DNA of 64,000 bases. It comes from Candidatus Latescibacterota bacterium. GTDB lineage: Bacteria > Latescibacterota > UBA2968 > UBA8231. This document shows, in pieces, positions 38,580-48,136 of this stretch. A program made the position numbers and the translations under genes. Location: positions 2,208,001 to 2,272,000 of the forward strand of contig OZ244561.1 in the NCBI GenBank assembly GCA_965217585.1, written 5' to 3'. Position 1 is the first letter of the stretch. Each line of letters opens with the position of its first letter. The notes beneath the pieces were generated by a model. That model did not search any database, was not told the origin of the DNA, and saw only the letters and a program-made list of their open reading frames with translations.

Positions 38580-39392
38580 ATGGAATTTCTGCGCACTATT
38601 GCCGTCACCGCGTTTTCCACCGCGCTCGATGTGGCGCCCATTGTCGGCATCCTCGTTCTATTCCAGGTTGTGGTGCTGCGCCGCAACCTGCCGAACCTGC
38701 GCCGGATCGCGGCCGGGTTTGTCCTCGTCCTGTTGGGACTCACGCTCTTCCTCATTGGCCTGGAGGAGGCCCTCTTCCCCATCGGCGAGACCATGGCGCG
38801 CCAACTCACCGCGCCCGAGACAATCGGGGAAGCGAGTCTGGCCGACGGCGTCGACTGGTACGACTACCTGCTGGTCTACGTCTTTGCTGCGGCGATCGGC
38901 TTTGCGACGACAGTGGCCGAGCCCTCGCTCATCGCGGTCGCGCTCAAGGCCGAGGAGATCTCGGGCGGCGCAATCGACGCCTGGGGCCTTAGACTCGCCG
39001 TGGCGCTCGGGGTAGCCACGGGGGTGGCGCTGGGCTGCTTTCGCATTGTCACGGGCACGCCCCTGCCCTGGTACATCATTGCCGCATATCTCGTGGTGAT
39101 CGTCCAGACCTTCCGGTCGAGCCGGACCATTGTGCCGCTCGCCTACGACAGCGGCGGCGTCACCACATCGACCGTCACAGTGCCAGTGGTCGCCGCGCTG
39201 GGCTTGGGGCTCGCCGCCACTGTTCCCGGGCGCAGCCCGCTGATCGACGGATTCGGCCTCATCGCGTTCGCCAGCGTCTTTCCCATCATGTCCGTGCTGG
39301 GCTATGCTATGGTGGTGTCCTGGATGAGTCGCCGGCGGAACGCCAACCATGCGGCCCCAATACTGAGGCCGGACAGCTCCGAGGAGACTTGA
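38580..39392 (+). CDS. DUF1538 family membrane protein
   Basis: [36 protein letters not shown] motifs. Confidence 0.9.
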   Translation: MEFLRTIAVTAFSTALDVAPIVGILVLFQVVVLRRNLPNLRRIAAGFVLVLLGLTLFLIGLEEALFPIGETMARQLTAPETIGEASLADGVDWYDYLLVYVFAAAIGFATTVAEPSLIAVALKAEEISGGAIDAWGLRLAVALGVATGVALGCFRIVTGTPLPWYIIAAYLVVIVQTFRSSRTIVPLAYDSGGVTTSTVTVPVVAALGLGLAATVPGRSPLIDGFGLIAFASVFPIMSVLGYAMVVSWMSRRRNANHAAPILRPDSSEET

Positions 39393-39395
39393 GCT

Positions 39396-39746
39396 ATGAA
39401 ACTGAAACTGATCGTCGCCTTGGTCAGCAACGACAAGACCGATACTGTAGTCGATGCTGCGCGCGCCGGCGGTGCGACCGGCGCGACGATTATTACTGGC
39501 GTGCGCGGCGAAGGGCTGAAACCACAGAAGACCTTTTTCGGTCTCGACTTGGCGGCCCAACGCGATGTCGTCCTGTTCTTGGTGGTCGAGACGCGCGCAC
39601 GCGACATTTTGGAGCGCATCCGCGATGCCGGGCGCTTTGAGCAAGAGCCCGGCGCTGGCATTGCCTTTCAGCTCCCGATTGAGGACGCCGTCGGTCTCAC
39701 CACCCAACTTCCCACCATCCTAGAAGAAGTGGATGACGAAATATGA
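39396..39746 (+). CDS. P-II family (GlnB-like) signal transduction protein
   Basis: MKLKLIVALV...AARAGGATGATI..RGEG...PGAGIAFQLPIEDAVG. Confidence 0.88.
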   Translation: MKLKLIVALVSNDKTDTVVDAARAGGATGATIITGVRGEGLKPQKTFFGLDLAAQRDVVLFLVVETRARDILERIRDAGRFEQEPGAGIAFQLPIEDAVGLTTQLPTILEEVDDEI

Positions 39747-40144
39747 GCGAGAAACGCACCATCCGGGTCGGAGACGTCATGGGCTCCAAACTCTACACTA
39801 TCGACAGGCTGGCGACCGTGGCCGAGGCCATGGCACTCATGAAGCAGTACGAGGTCAGTTCGCTCGCCGTCAACCGGCGCGACGACGACGACGAGTTCGG
39901 CTTGCTCGTGGTCGCGGACATCGCACGCGAGGTGATCGCCCAAAACCGCGCACCCGAGCGCGTCAACGTGTACGAAATTATGTCAAAACCGGTGTTGACC
40001 CTGCCGTCGGCCATGCTCGCCCGCTACGCGGTGCGCTTGCTCGTGCGCTTTGAACTCTCCCGCGCCGTGGTCGTCGACCACGAGCGCAACCCGCTCGGCA
40101 TGGTGACTTTGCGCGATCTCGTCCTGAGCCACGTGGCGGAGTGA
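39743..40144 (+). CDS. CBS-domain pair protein
   Basis: VGDVM, TVAEAMALM, VYEIMSKPVL, GMVTLRDLV. Confidence 0.9.
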   Translation: MSEKRTIRVGDVMGSKLYTIDRLATVAEAMALMKQYEVSSLAVNRRDDDDEFGLLVVADIAREVIAQNRAPERVNVYEIMSKPVLTLPSAMLARYAVRLLVRFELSRAVVVDHERNPLGMVTLRDLVLSHVAE

Positions 40145-40172
40145 TGGGGCCGAGCGCGTATAGGAACTTCGC

Positions 40173-41255
40173 TCAGGTGGTGTCCACTGCTCGGGGTGCA
40201 CCGGAAATCTTCGGCACCTCGATTTCGGCTAAGTAGATATCGCTTTCCGAGGATTTGTAGCGGAACTCGGCAAAATGCCGGGGCTTGACCAACCCCGTCC
40301 AATACGCGACGTCGGAATAATACGAGATCACCAACTTGCCGGGCTCGGGGGAGACCAGACCTGGATAAGAGGCGTCGCCACCCTGCGGGAAGTAGCGGAT
40401 CAGTTCGGCCTTGCCTTTGGTGAGGTAGTAAAGGCCCGTGGTGCCGTTGCCGACACCCTCCCACTCGCCGCCTTGGAACTGGGTCGGATCGCCGCTGGAC
40501 CCTGCGCCGGGAAGGCGGACGCGGCCAGCCAAGTATTCCTTGTCGGCGGTTCTGCAAATTACCGGCGCGTCGCATTTGACCTGCAGGTCGCCCCCTTCCC
40601 ACGCCGTATAGGGCGGTTGGGACCAGTACATTGAGGCATTGTTGGCGCGGACGATGCACCACAATTCGCCATCGGGCCGCCAGTAGAGTTCCGACTCTTC
40701 AGTGAACTCCGGCAGTTCGGCGCGGGTGACAATTTCGGCCCGTCGGGTCCAGTGGACCCCGTCCTCGCTGACGATCAACTCAAAGGGCCGTTCCTCGTGA
40801 TGGAGGTGGCAAATGGCCGAGTAGAACAGCCCCTCGCGCCAGCGGACCCGCCAAGTGTAGGGATGGTCGTCGCCGAGGACGAGCAGTGCGGGCCGAGACC
40901 AGTGGACGCCGTCATCGGTCCAAGAGACATAGGAATGGATCGGGTTGCGCGTGCCAATGAAGAGATACAACCGGTCTGGCGTGGTGCAAAAGTGCCCGTC
41001 TGCGGCCGCGCAGCCATCGACGACGCCAGCGGGCGATTCAAAGTCGATCACCGGACGCCACCGCCTCAGATCGTCGGAGCGGAGGACGACCTCAACGCTG
41101 TTGCCGGCGGCGTGGTTGGTGCCGCGCCGGTAGCACAGCCAGTACATATCCTTCCACAGGGCCAGATCCGTAAAGGCGTTGTACCAGCCGTCGCGGACTA
41201 CGGTGCGCAGTGCGGTGATATCCGCGGTGGGAAAATCGGGTCTTTCGTCGTTCAT
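40173..41255 (-). CDS. BNR/Asp-box beta-propeller, sialidase-like protein
   Basis: YNAFTDL; Asp-boxes SDDLRRW, TDDGVHW, SEDGVHW; GDASYPG...ISYYS. Confidence 0.7.
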   Translation of the reverse strand: MNDERPDFPTADITALRTVVRDGWYNAFTDLALWKDMYWLCYRRGTNHAAGNSVEVVLRSDDLRRWRPVIDFESPAGVVDGCAAADGHFCTTPDRLYLFIGTRNPIHSYVSWTDDGVHWSRPALLVLGDDHPYTWRVRWREGLFYSAICHLHHEERPFELIVSEDGVHWTRRAEIVTRAELPEFTEESELYWRPDGELWCIVRANNASMYWSQPPYTAWEGGDLQVKCDAPVICRTADKEYLAGRVRLPGAGSSGDPTQFQGGEWEGVGNGTTGLYYLTKGKAELIRYFPQGGDASYPGLVSPEPGKLVISYYSDVAYWTGLVKPRHFAEFRYKSSESDIYLAEIEVPKISGAPRAVDTT

Positions 41256-42058
41256 AGGTCGTATTCTCCTCGCGCATTCCAGCCCGGATACTGCTCTTCG
41301 AGGCGGGCTAGCGTCTCTTGGGTGTAGTATTCGTGGCCGGCGGGCGGAAAGCGGAAAAGTGCTCGTTCGCGCGCCGAAAGCCGGCCGATAAAGGCCCTGA
41401 AGTGCTCGTTCATCCCTAGGTTGGTAAAGCTGCTCACGCCCTCCCAGTAGTGGTCGGCGCGGCCGTAGATCCGGGTGGCGGAATAGCGCTGCCCCTCGCG
41501 GCCCTTGAAGACGGTCGCCGAGTGCCAGAGGTGGGTGTTGAAAATCATGATTGTGCCCGCCGGCACCGTCAGCAAAACCCGCTTGCTCAGATCCTGGCCA
41601 TAGGGCTTAGGCACGATCTGCATCGGCGCTTGGTTTTCTTCTACAGCTTCGGGAAAGTACCAGGAACTGATCTGTCCGTAGCGCCGGTCGGATGTGGGGG
41701 GCAGGAGTGAGTTGTTGCCATTGTCGATGTGCAGGCCCGGCTGCCCAGCCCCGGGGTCGGGGTAGCGCGCCCAGTTGTGGGCGTAGCGAAAGTGGATGTC
41801 CTCGGTGTCGAGTACTCGCTGGACGAACTCGATGAGGTCCCAGTCGATGATGAATTCATTGAAGAACATATCGGCGTAGGGAAAGTCGTCCCTCAAGAGC
41901 CGCTCTGTAGGAGGATCGTCGGCGAACTCCTCCCAAGGGAGGAGGGTCCGGCGGATGGCCGCGGCGATCTGGGCCCGGCGTTGTTCTGGGTAGAAATTTT
42001 CTACGGCCACGAAGCCCTGTTCTACAAAAGTCTGCAAATGATCGTCTGTTAGTTTCAT
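41252..42058 (-). CDS. Phytanoyl-CoA dioxygenase (PhyH) family Fe(II)/2OG oxygenase
   Basis: FVEQGFVAV, HxD (LHID), PAGTIMIFNTHLWHS. ATG at 42058 after GGAGGAG. Confidence 0.85.
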   Translation of the reverse strand: MKLTDDHLQTFVEQGFVAVENFYPEQRRAQIAAAIRRTLLPWEEFADDPPTERLLRDDFPYADMFFNEFIIDWDLIEFVQRVLDTEDIHFRYAHNWARYPDPGAGQPGLHIDNGNNSLLPPTSDRRYGQISSWYFPEAVEENQAPMQIVPKPYGQDLSKRVLLTVPAGTIMIFNTHLWHSATVFKGREGQRYSATRIYGRADHYWEGVSSFTNLGMNEHFRAFIGRLSARERALFRFPPAGHEYYTQETLARLEEQYPGWNARGEYDL

Positions 42059-42185
42059 GCTCACTCCTCCATTGCGTTTTTGTTTGCGCTTGGATTATAC
42101 AGTCAAAGCTGCTCCGTGCCTATTGCAGGCCGCCGTCTGTATTACCAATATAGTTGATATTTTCCCCCTAACCGCGAGGAATGCC

Positions 42186-43034
42186 ATGAGCGCTACCTAT
42201 AATTACGAAGTCGTCGAACACTGGGGCCTAGGCCCCCAAGGCCGTCCCATGGGCGGCGTCGTGCCCGGAGTGGCCGCCGATGGCCAGGGCCGAGTCTTTG
42301 TGGCTCGCCGTCACCCGCCCGCCCTGCTGGTCTATGACCGCGACGGAGTCTATCTCGACACTTGGGGAGCCGATCTGCTAGGGAACCCCCATCTCCTGTG
42401 GGTTGACGGCGAGGACCAAGTGTACGCGGCCGACACCGACGACCACACCATCCGCTGCTTCAATCCGCAGGGGGAAGTGGTCCACACTTGGGGTACGCCG
42501 GGCGTGCCGGGCGCGCCCGACCAGCCCTTTAACCAGCCGACTAAAGCCATGCGCGGCCCTTCTGGGGATTTGTACGTGGCCGACGGGTACGGCCAATACC
42601 GCATCCACCGCATTTCGGACGCGGGAGAGTTGCTCCATTCGTGGGGATCTGCGGGCACTGGCCCGGGTCAATTCGCCCTGCCCCACAGCCTGTGGGTTGA
42701 CCGCGACGAGCGGGTCTGGGCCGTTGACCGCGAAAACAACCGCATCCAGCGCTTTGACTCCGAGGGTCGCTACTTGGACGAGTGGACCGACTTGGTAATG
42801 CCCATGGATCTCTTCATCACCTCAGATAATACAGTGTACATAGTCGAGGCCCCGTCGCGCGTCAGCATCTTCGACCTAGAGGGGCAGTTACTAGCCCGCT
42901 GGGGCGAGGATGGCGCGGCCCCGGGTCAATTCGCCGACTCCCCGCACAGCATTTGGGTGGATGAGGACGGCTCGCTGTACATCGGTGAAGTAGCTACCCT
43001 GCACGATAGGGTGCAGAAATTCCGCCGCGTTTAG
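42186..43034 (+). CDS. NHL-repeat protein, peptidyl-alpha-hydroxyglycine alpha-amidating lyase-like
   Basis: FNQPT...LYVADGYG, GPGQFALPHSL...DRENNRIQRF repeats. Confidence 0.88.
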   Translation: MSATYNYEVVEHWGLGPQGRPMGGVVPGVAADGQGRVFVARRHPPALLVYDRDGVYLDTWGADLLGNPHLLWVDGEDQVYAADTDDHTIRCFNPQGEVVHTWGTPGVPGAPDQPFNQPTKAMRGPSGDLYVADGYGQYRIHRISDAGELLHSWGSAGTGPGQFALPHSLWVDRDERVWAVDRENNRIQRFDSEGRYLDEWTDLVMPMDLFITSDNTVYIVEAPSRVSIFDLEGQLLARWGEDGAAPGQFADSPHSIWVDEDGSLYIGEVATLHDRVQKFRRV

Positions 43035-43063
43035 GGACTACTAATTTTAATCAGGAAGATGAT

Positions 43064-44005
43064 ATGGAACTTGTGAGGTATCCAGACCGCCGCATTGAGG
43101 TGCTAGACGAGCGCTTCGCCAAGTACAAGCTGGCCAATGCCGCCCTCGAAATGCTCTGGACCGGTGGGCGCTGGCTCGAAGGCCCCGTGTGGTTTGGCGA
43201 CGGCCGCTATCTACTGTTTAGCGACATACCCAACAACCGCATTCTCAAGTGGGAAGAAGAGACCGGTGCCGTCTCGGTCTTCCGCAAACCATCGAATAAC
43301 ACCAACGGCAACGCGCGCGACCGCGAGGGACGATTGCTGTCGTGCGAACACGACGCGCGCCGCGTCACCCGGACGGAATACGATGGTTCGATCACCGTGT
43401 TGATGGACCAATTCGAGGGCAAGCCGTTGAATGCCCCCAACGACATCGTGGTGAAGTCGGATGGATCGATCTGGTTTACGGACCCCGGGTACGGCATTCT
43501 GCTGGACTACGAAGGGCATCTGGATAAGTTTGAGAATGCCGCTAACGTGTACCGTCTCGACCCGGACACGGGGGCGGCGACGGTGGTGGCCGGCGACTTC
43601 CAGCGGCCCAACGGCCTCTGCTTCAGCCCGGATGAGTCGCTGATATACATCGTCGATACCGGGCGCTCCGACGGCCCCGAATACCCTACCCACATCCGCG
43701 TTTTCGACGTCCATGGCGACCACATTACAAACGGGCGCGTGTTCGCGGACATGGGGCCTGGGTCGTCGGACGGGGTCCGCACGGATGTGGATGGCAACCT
43801 GTGGTCGGGGGCCTGCTGGGCGGGCGAGGGCTACGACGGCGTGCATTGTTTTGCCCCCGACGGCACCTTGATCGGCAAGATCCACCTGCCGGCGCCCTGC
43901 GCCAACCTCTGCTTCGGCGGTGCTAAGAAAAACAGGCTGTTCATAACCTGTTCGCAGTCGCTGTTTTCGGTGTACGTCGAGACGAACGGGGCTCAGAAAC
44001 CGTAG
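43064..44005 (+). CDS. SMP-30/gluconolactonase/LRE family protein
   Basis: EGPVWF, FSDIPNNR, LNAPNDIVV, PNGLCFSPDE, DGVRTDVDGNLW. Confidence 0.93.
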   Translation: MELVRYPDRRIEVLDERFAKYKLANAALEMLWTGGRWLEGPVWFGDGRYLLFSDIPNNRILKWEEETGAVSVFRKPSNNTNGNARDREGRLLSCEHDARRVTRTEYDGSITVLMDQFEGKPLNAPNDIVVKSDGSIWFTDPGYGILLDYEGHLDKFENAANVYRLDPDTGAATVVAGDFQRPNGLCFSPDESLIYIVDTGRSDGPEYPTHIRVFDVHGDHITNGRVFADMGPGSSDGVRTDVDGNLWSGACWAGEGYDGVHCFAPDGTLIGKIHLPAPCANLCFGGAKKNRLFITCSQSLFSVYVETNGAQKP

Positions 44006-44103
44006 AGCCCCCATCTCTTGGTCTGGGCAAGAAGCCCGCCCAGCGGAGTTGACCAAGGTTCAAAGGCCCGTTTAACTTCCTATCCTTCTGAATCGAGGAT
44101 GAG

Positions 44104-45096
44104 ATGCACGGAGTCGGAATCATCGGTGCTGGCAGCGTATCCAGGGGACATCTGCGGGCGGTAGCGGCCCTTGAATCTACGCACTTGCGGGCGGTCGCCG
44201 ACACCCAAGCGGAACGCCTAGCCGGCGTCTGCACGGAGTACGGCTGCCAAGGCTATTCCTCCTATGAGAGTCTGCTCGCGGACGATCGAGTTGACCTCGT
44301 CATCGTCTGCCTGCCTCACGGCCTGCACTGCGAAGTGACCGTAGCCGCCTTGGAGGCCGGCAAACACGTGCTGGTGGAAAAACCAATGGCCGTCAACGTG
44401 GAGCAGTGCGACGCCATGATCGCGGCTGCGCGGCGGACCGGCAACCAGCTCTCCGTCGGCCACATGCATCGCTTCTCGCCAACGAACCGGGCCGTGAAGA
44501 AGCTGCTGCGCGAGCAGGCTGTGGGCGATCTGGTCTGTCTCTGCGACGAGGCCTACCGCCCCTTCAACCCCAACAGACCGGCTTGGTACCTCGACAAGGC
44601 GACGCATGGGGGCTTGTGGTATCAGAACGGCATCCACCTGATTGATCGCGCCTGCTGGTGGACGGGCAGTCGCGTCGTCGCTGCCAAAGCCTTGATCGAC
44701 AGCCGTTTCTTCGAATTCTCAGCGGACGACGTGGCCATGGCGCTTTTGCAATTCGACAACGGCGTGTACTCGACCCTGATTCACGTGTGGTGGAGGACGG
44801 GCGGGCGGCGTTACAGCACGGAGTTCGTCTGCACGGACGGCATGATCCAACTGCGCAAGGGGATCGAATCGCGAAGGGACGATCTCTTCATCGGCCGGGA
44901 CGGGGACTGGGAACAGGTCGAGGTGGCCGAAAACCACGACACCACGACGCGGCAGTTGGGCGCGTTCGTCGAGGCGATTGACGCGGGAACGGAGCCACCG
45001 GTGACGGCCGAATACGCCCGCCATCTGGTGGCGATACTGACGGCGTGCATGGAGTCGTCCCGTCTCGGCAGAGAAGTGGTGCTTGCGGATCCATAA
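44104..45096 (+). CDS. Gfo/Idh/MocA family oxidoreductase
   Basis: GIIGAG, GKHVLVEKPMA, GIHLID. Confidence 0.92.
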   Translation: MHGVGIIGAGSVSRGHLRAVAALESTHLRAVADTQAERLAGVCTEYGCQGYSSYESLLADDRVDLVIVCLPHGLHCEVTVAALEAGKHVLVEKPMAVNVEQCDAMIAAARRTGNQLSVGHMHRFSPTNRAVKKLLREQAVGDLVCLCDEAYRPFNPNRPAWYLDKATHGGLWYQNGIHLIDRACWWTGSRVVAAKALIDSRFFEFSADDVAMALLQFDNGVYSTLIHVWWRTGGRRYSTEFVCTDGMIQLRKGIESRRDDLFIGRDGDWEQVEVAENHDTTTRQLGAFVEAIDAGTEPPVTAEYARHLVAILTACMESSRLGREVVLADP

Positions 45097-45100
45097 TAGC

Positions 45101-46501
45101 ATGAACGACACCGATCTGTGCTATCTCTCCGGCTCTGAACTGCGCCGCCTGTACGAGCGCCGCGAGCTGTCCCCGGTGGAAGCCACCGAGGCTGTGCTGC
45201 GCCGAATCGAATCGCTCGACCCCAAGCTCAACGCCTTCGTCACGGTCACGCCGGAGCGGGCTTTGGCCGAGGCGCGCGCCGCCGAAGCCGCCTTTGCTGG
45301 CGCTGAGGATCCACCTCCTCTGGCCGGCATACCCGGTTCGCTGAAGGATCTGACGGCGACGCGTGGGATCCGCACCACCCGGGGGTCGCTGCTGACCGCC
45401 GACTGGATCCCGGACTTCGACGCGCCCCTTGTCGAACGTCTACGCGACGCCGGCATGGTGCTGCTCGGCAAGACGAATACGCCGGAGCTCGGCTGGAAGG
45501 GAGATTCGGGCAATCGCGTCGTTGGGCCAACTCACAACCCTTGGCGTCATGGGCGCACGCCGGGCGGTTCCAGCGGCGGAGCCGCGGCGGCCGTGGTCGC
45601 TGGCATGGGCGTGCTGGCCCAGGGCACGGATGGTGCTGGCTCGATCCGCATCCCGGCTGGCTTCTCGGGCGCCTTTGGCTTCAAACCCTCTTGGGGACGG
45701 GTGCCTCAGTACCCGGCCAGCGTGGTGGAGACCCTGTCCCACGCCGGGCCAATCACCCGCACCGTCGGCGACGCCGTGCGGATGCTTGACGTCATGGTCG
45801 GTCCCGATGAGCGAGATCGCACCTCGATGCCAGCCGAACCGTTGGCGCTTGACGATATCGAGGCTGGCGTGGATGGGCTACGCGTGGCTTGGTCGCCTGA
45901 CTTAGGGTACGCGGCCGTTGATGCCCAAGTCGTTGAGACTGCACAAGCGGCTGCCTGTCGCTTCTCGGATCTCGGTTGCACCATCGAGGAGGCGCACCCG
46001 GCCGGCGAAGATCCGTGGCGTCTCATCCACGTCCTGTGGTCAACGGCTTTCGCCGCGACCTTCCGCGACCAGTTCGACCAGATCGCCGATCGCCTCGATC
46101 CGGGCCTGCGCGCCGTCGTCGAAGAGGGGTTCGGGTTTCGTGGGACGGACGTGGCCAGTGCCTATATAGAGCGCAACGCGTACTACCACCAATGGCGGGA
46201 GTTCTACGAGCGCTACGACCTGCTGCTGACGCCGACGCTGCCGGTCACCGCCTTTGCCGCGGGCGACGACCACCCCGGTTCGATCGCCGGCCGCGACACC
46301 TCCTACCTGAACTGGACTGCCTTCACCTACCCGGTGAACCTCACCGGCCTGCCCGCTGCCAGCGTGCCTTGCGGCCGCGTCGATGGCCTGCCCGTGGGTC
46401 TGCAGATCATCGGCGGCTGGCGTCAGGATCGCACCGTGTTGCGCGCCGCCCGCGCCTTCGAGCAGCTCGCCCCCTGGAGCCACGAGCGCCCGCTTCTCTG
46501 A
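45101..46501 (+). CDS. Amidase signature family enzyme
   Basis: GKTNTPE, TPGGSSGGAAA, GTDGAGSIRIPA, NLTGLPAASVP. Confidence 0.95.
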   Translation: MNDTDLCYLSGSELRRLYERRELSPVEATEAVLRRIESLDPKLNAFVTVTPERALAEARAAEAAFAGAEDPPPLAGIPGSLKDLTATRGIRTTRGSLLTADWIPDFDAPLVERLRDAGMVLLGKTNTPELGWKGDSGNRVVGPTHNPWRHGRTPGGSSGGAAAAVVAGMGVLAQGTDGAGSIRIPAGFSGAFGFKPSWGRVPQYPASVVETLSHAGPITRTVGDAVRMLDVMVGPDERDRTSMPAEPLALDDIEAGVDGLRVAWSPDLGYAAVDAQVVETAQAAACRFSDLGCTIEEAHPAGEDPWRLIHVLWSTAFAATFRDQFDQIADRLDPGLRAVVEEGFGFRGTDVASAYIERNAYYHQWREFYERYDLLLTPTLPVTAFAAGDDHPGSIAGRDTSYLNWTAFTYPVNLTGLPAASVPCGRVDGLPVGLQIIGGWRQDRTVLRAARAFEQLAPWSHERPLL

Positions 46502-46652
46502 CCTAGAGAAAAGCTCAACCAGCAGTTGACCGACTTTCGCGTTCCTCAATGCCGACAACTGGGTAAACCCGCTATTTTGGTTGTGCAGGTAACAACAACC
46601 ATCGCTTGATGGCAGGATGCTGTACATACCCAAGATAAAGGAGAAGAGCGCA

Positions 46653-47411
46653 ATGATTGACCCAGCAGAGCTTGGACAAAGGATACAGGAGAGACGGAAG
46701 CAGCAGGGACTCACCCAGGAACAACTGGGCAACGACCTATTCGTTAGCCCACAGGCCGTTTCCAAGTGGGAGAACGGCGAGTCGCTGCCCGATATTGGGA
46801 CGTTCCCAGCCTTGTGCAAAACGCTGGGCACTTCGGCCGATGCGCTGTTGGGAATTGACAGTGAACTCGGGATTGAGACGCTCGGCGTCAAATTGGCTCA
46901 GCGCATTGACGACCTCAGAGACAAGGAGGAACAACATGCCGCTCTGATGACGGCACTAGGACTTCTAATTCTCACTTGTGATACGACGAATCAGGATTCG
47001 ATTATCTCCTATCGACTATCGGATCAGGGACTTGTGGGCTTCAAATTTTGGAGCCGTAGCGGCTTTGTATGCTTTGCCGGAGGCGAAGCCCTAGAAGAAG
47101 ACACCCCATTGTCCGATACGGTGGATAGCCTTCGCATCCTCTTCGCGCCCGAGTGCTGGCCCGTCGTTTTCTTCCTTCTGAGTGGCCCTAAAAAGTTTGC
47201 TGCACTGTTGGCAGCAGAACTGGCTGAGTCTTCGCAGGCACTGGCAGATGTACTTGGCAAACTGATTGAAGCAGGGCTGTTGGTGCAAGATAAGTATGGC
47301 TATCAGTTACAAGAGAATGACGGATTACTTCTGGTGGGAATGATCAAGGCCTTTTGTCTGGCGCGCTCGAGATGTGGATCCGGCGTTGTTGAAAAAAGGG
47401 GAGTTAGCTGA
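46653..47411 (+). CDS. XRE-family HTH transcriptional regulator with C-terminal winged-helix-like extension
   Basis: GLTQEQLG...VSPQAVSKWENGESLPDI; ATG at 46653 after AAGGAG. Confidence 0.85.
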   Translation: MIDPAELGQRIQERRKQQGLTQEQLGNDLFVSPQAVSKWENGESLPDIGTFPALCKTLGTSADALLGIDSELGIETLGVKLAQRIDDLRDKEEQHAALMTALGLLILTCDTTNQDSIISYRLSDQGLVGFKFWSRSGFVCFAGGEALEEDTPLSDTVDSLRILFAPECWPVVFFLLSGPKKFAALLAAELAESSQALADVLGKLIEAGLLVQDKYGYQLQENDGLLLVGMIKAFCLARSRCGSGVVEKRGVS

Positions 47412-47442
47412 ATAGGGAATGATCAAGGCTCTTTGTCTGGCG
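47336..47442 (+). repeat. Imperfect 28-bp direct repeat duplicating the 3' end of the XRE gene
   Basis: gggaatgatcaaggccttttgtctggcg (47336-47363) vs gggaatgatcaaggctctttgtctggcg (47415-47442). Confidence 0.85.
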
Positions 47443-47539
47443 AGCGTGAGAGAGGATATTGGGAGAGGTATATTTGTGAATAGTACGACGGAATGAAGAA
47501 TCCGTCGATCGGCCTGTCAGGTCGCCGAACTTGACTGAA

Positions 47540-47605
47540 TCAGGCAAGTTCGAGGTCCGGCTCCCGGAGCAGGATGGCGATGATCGCCGAGGAGTCGAGG
47601 ATCAT
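47540..47605 (-). pseudogene. vapC: Truncated VapC PIN toxin (first 21 codons only)
   Basis: MILDSSAIIAILLREPD N-terminal PIN motif, ATGA-coupled to the antitoxin, then an immediate stop. Confidence 0.8.
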
Positions 47606-47874
47606 GCGCCATCCCTGCCGTAGCCTAGGATGTCTTCCTCTTCATCCCGACTCAGCTTTCTGCCTAGCTCCGAGGGTGGTACGTGGGGCCAAACCTCTGT
47701 TTCTAGGAATCGGCGCAACCGTCCTCCACGGTCATTGGCGGCACCTTGGTAGGCTAGGCGAGCGCGACGCTCCTCTAGGGATCTACGCACGGCCTCTGTT
47801 TTGCTCTCTCCTGTGAGGAGGGAAACCTCCTCGATCAGCCGTTCGATATCCTTGTTCTCGATTTTCAAGCTCAT
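47602..47874 (-). CDS. vapB: VapB-type antitoxin (Rv0623-like)
   Basis: MSLKIENKDIERLIEEVSLLTGESKTEAVRRSLEERRARL...EEEDILGYG; directly upstream of the vapC remnant. Confidence 0.82.
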   Translation of the reverse strand: MSLKIENKDIERLIEEVSLLTGESKTEAVRRSLEERRARLAYQGAANDRGGRLRRFLETEVWPHVPPSELGRKLSRDEEEDILGYGRDGA

Positions 47875-48094
47875 GGGATGCCTTTCGCTGCCATTGGACC
47901 GTCCAGAGGTAGATGCATGCTCGAAAAGTGGGAAGAAGGTCAAAAAAAGTCAACCTAGGTCCACTCGGCCGGGCGCAGCGATGTTCTGTTGGCTATTTTC
48001 CGTCTCCTCGGGGGTGATTTCTCCGTGCGTCTGCGGCGTTAAAGTAGGCGTCGAGACGGGAAGGGACGATGATCCATTGATGCGGCGGCTAAGC

Positions 48095-48115
48095 TAGTCT
48101 ATATTAGACTATAAC
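48095..48115 (+). promoter_or_regulatory. Palindromic operator overlapping a -10-like element of the TA operon
   Basis: tagtcta-tat-tagacta perfect inverted repeat running into tataac, upstream of the GGAGG RBS. Confidence 0.55.
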
Positions 48116-48136
48116 GACAACCTAGCTGGAGGAGCT

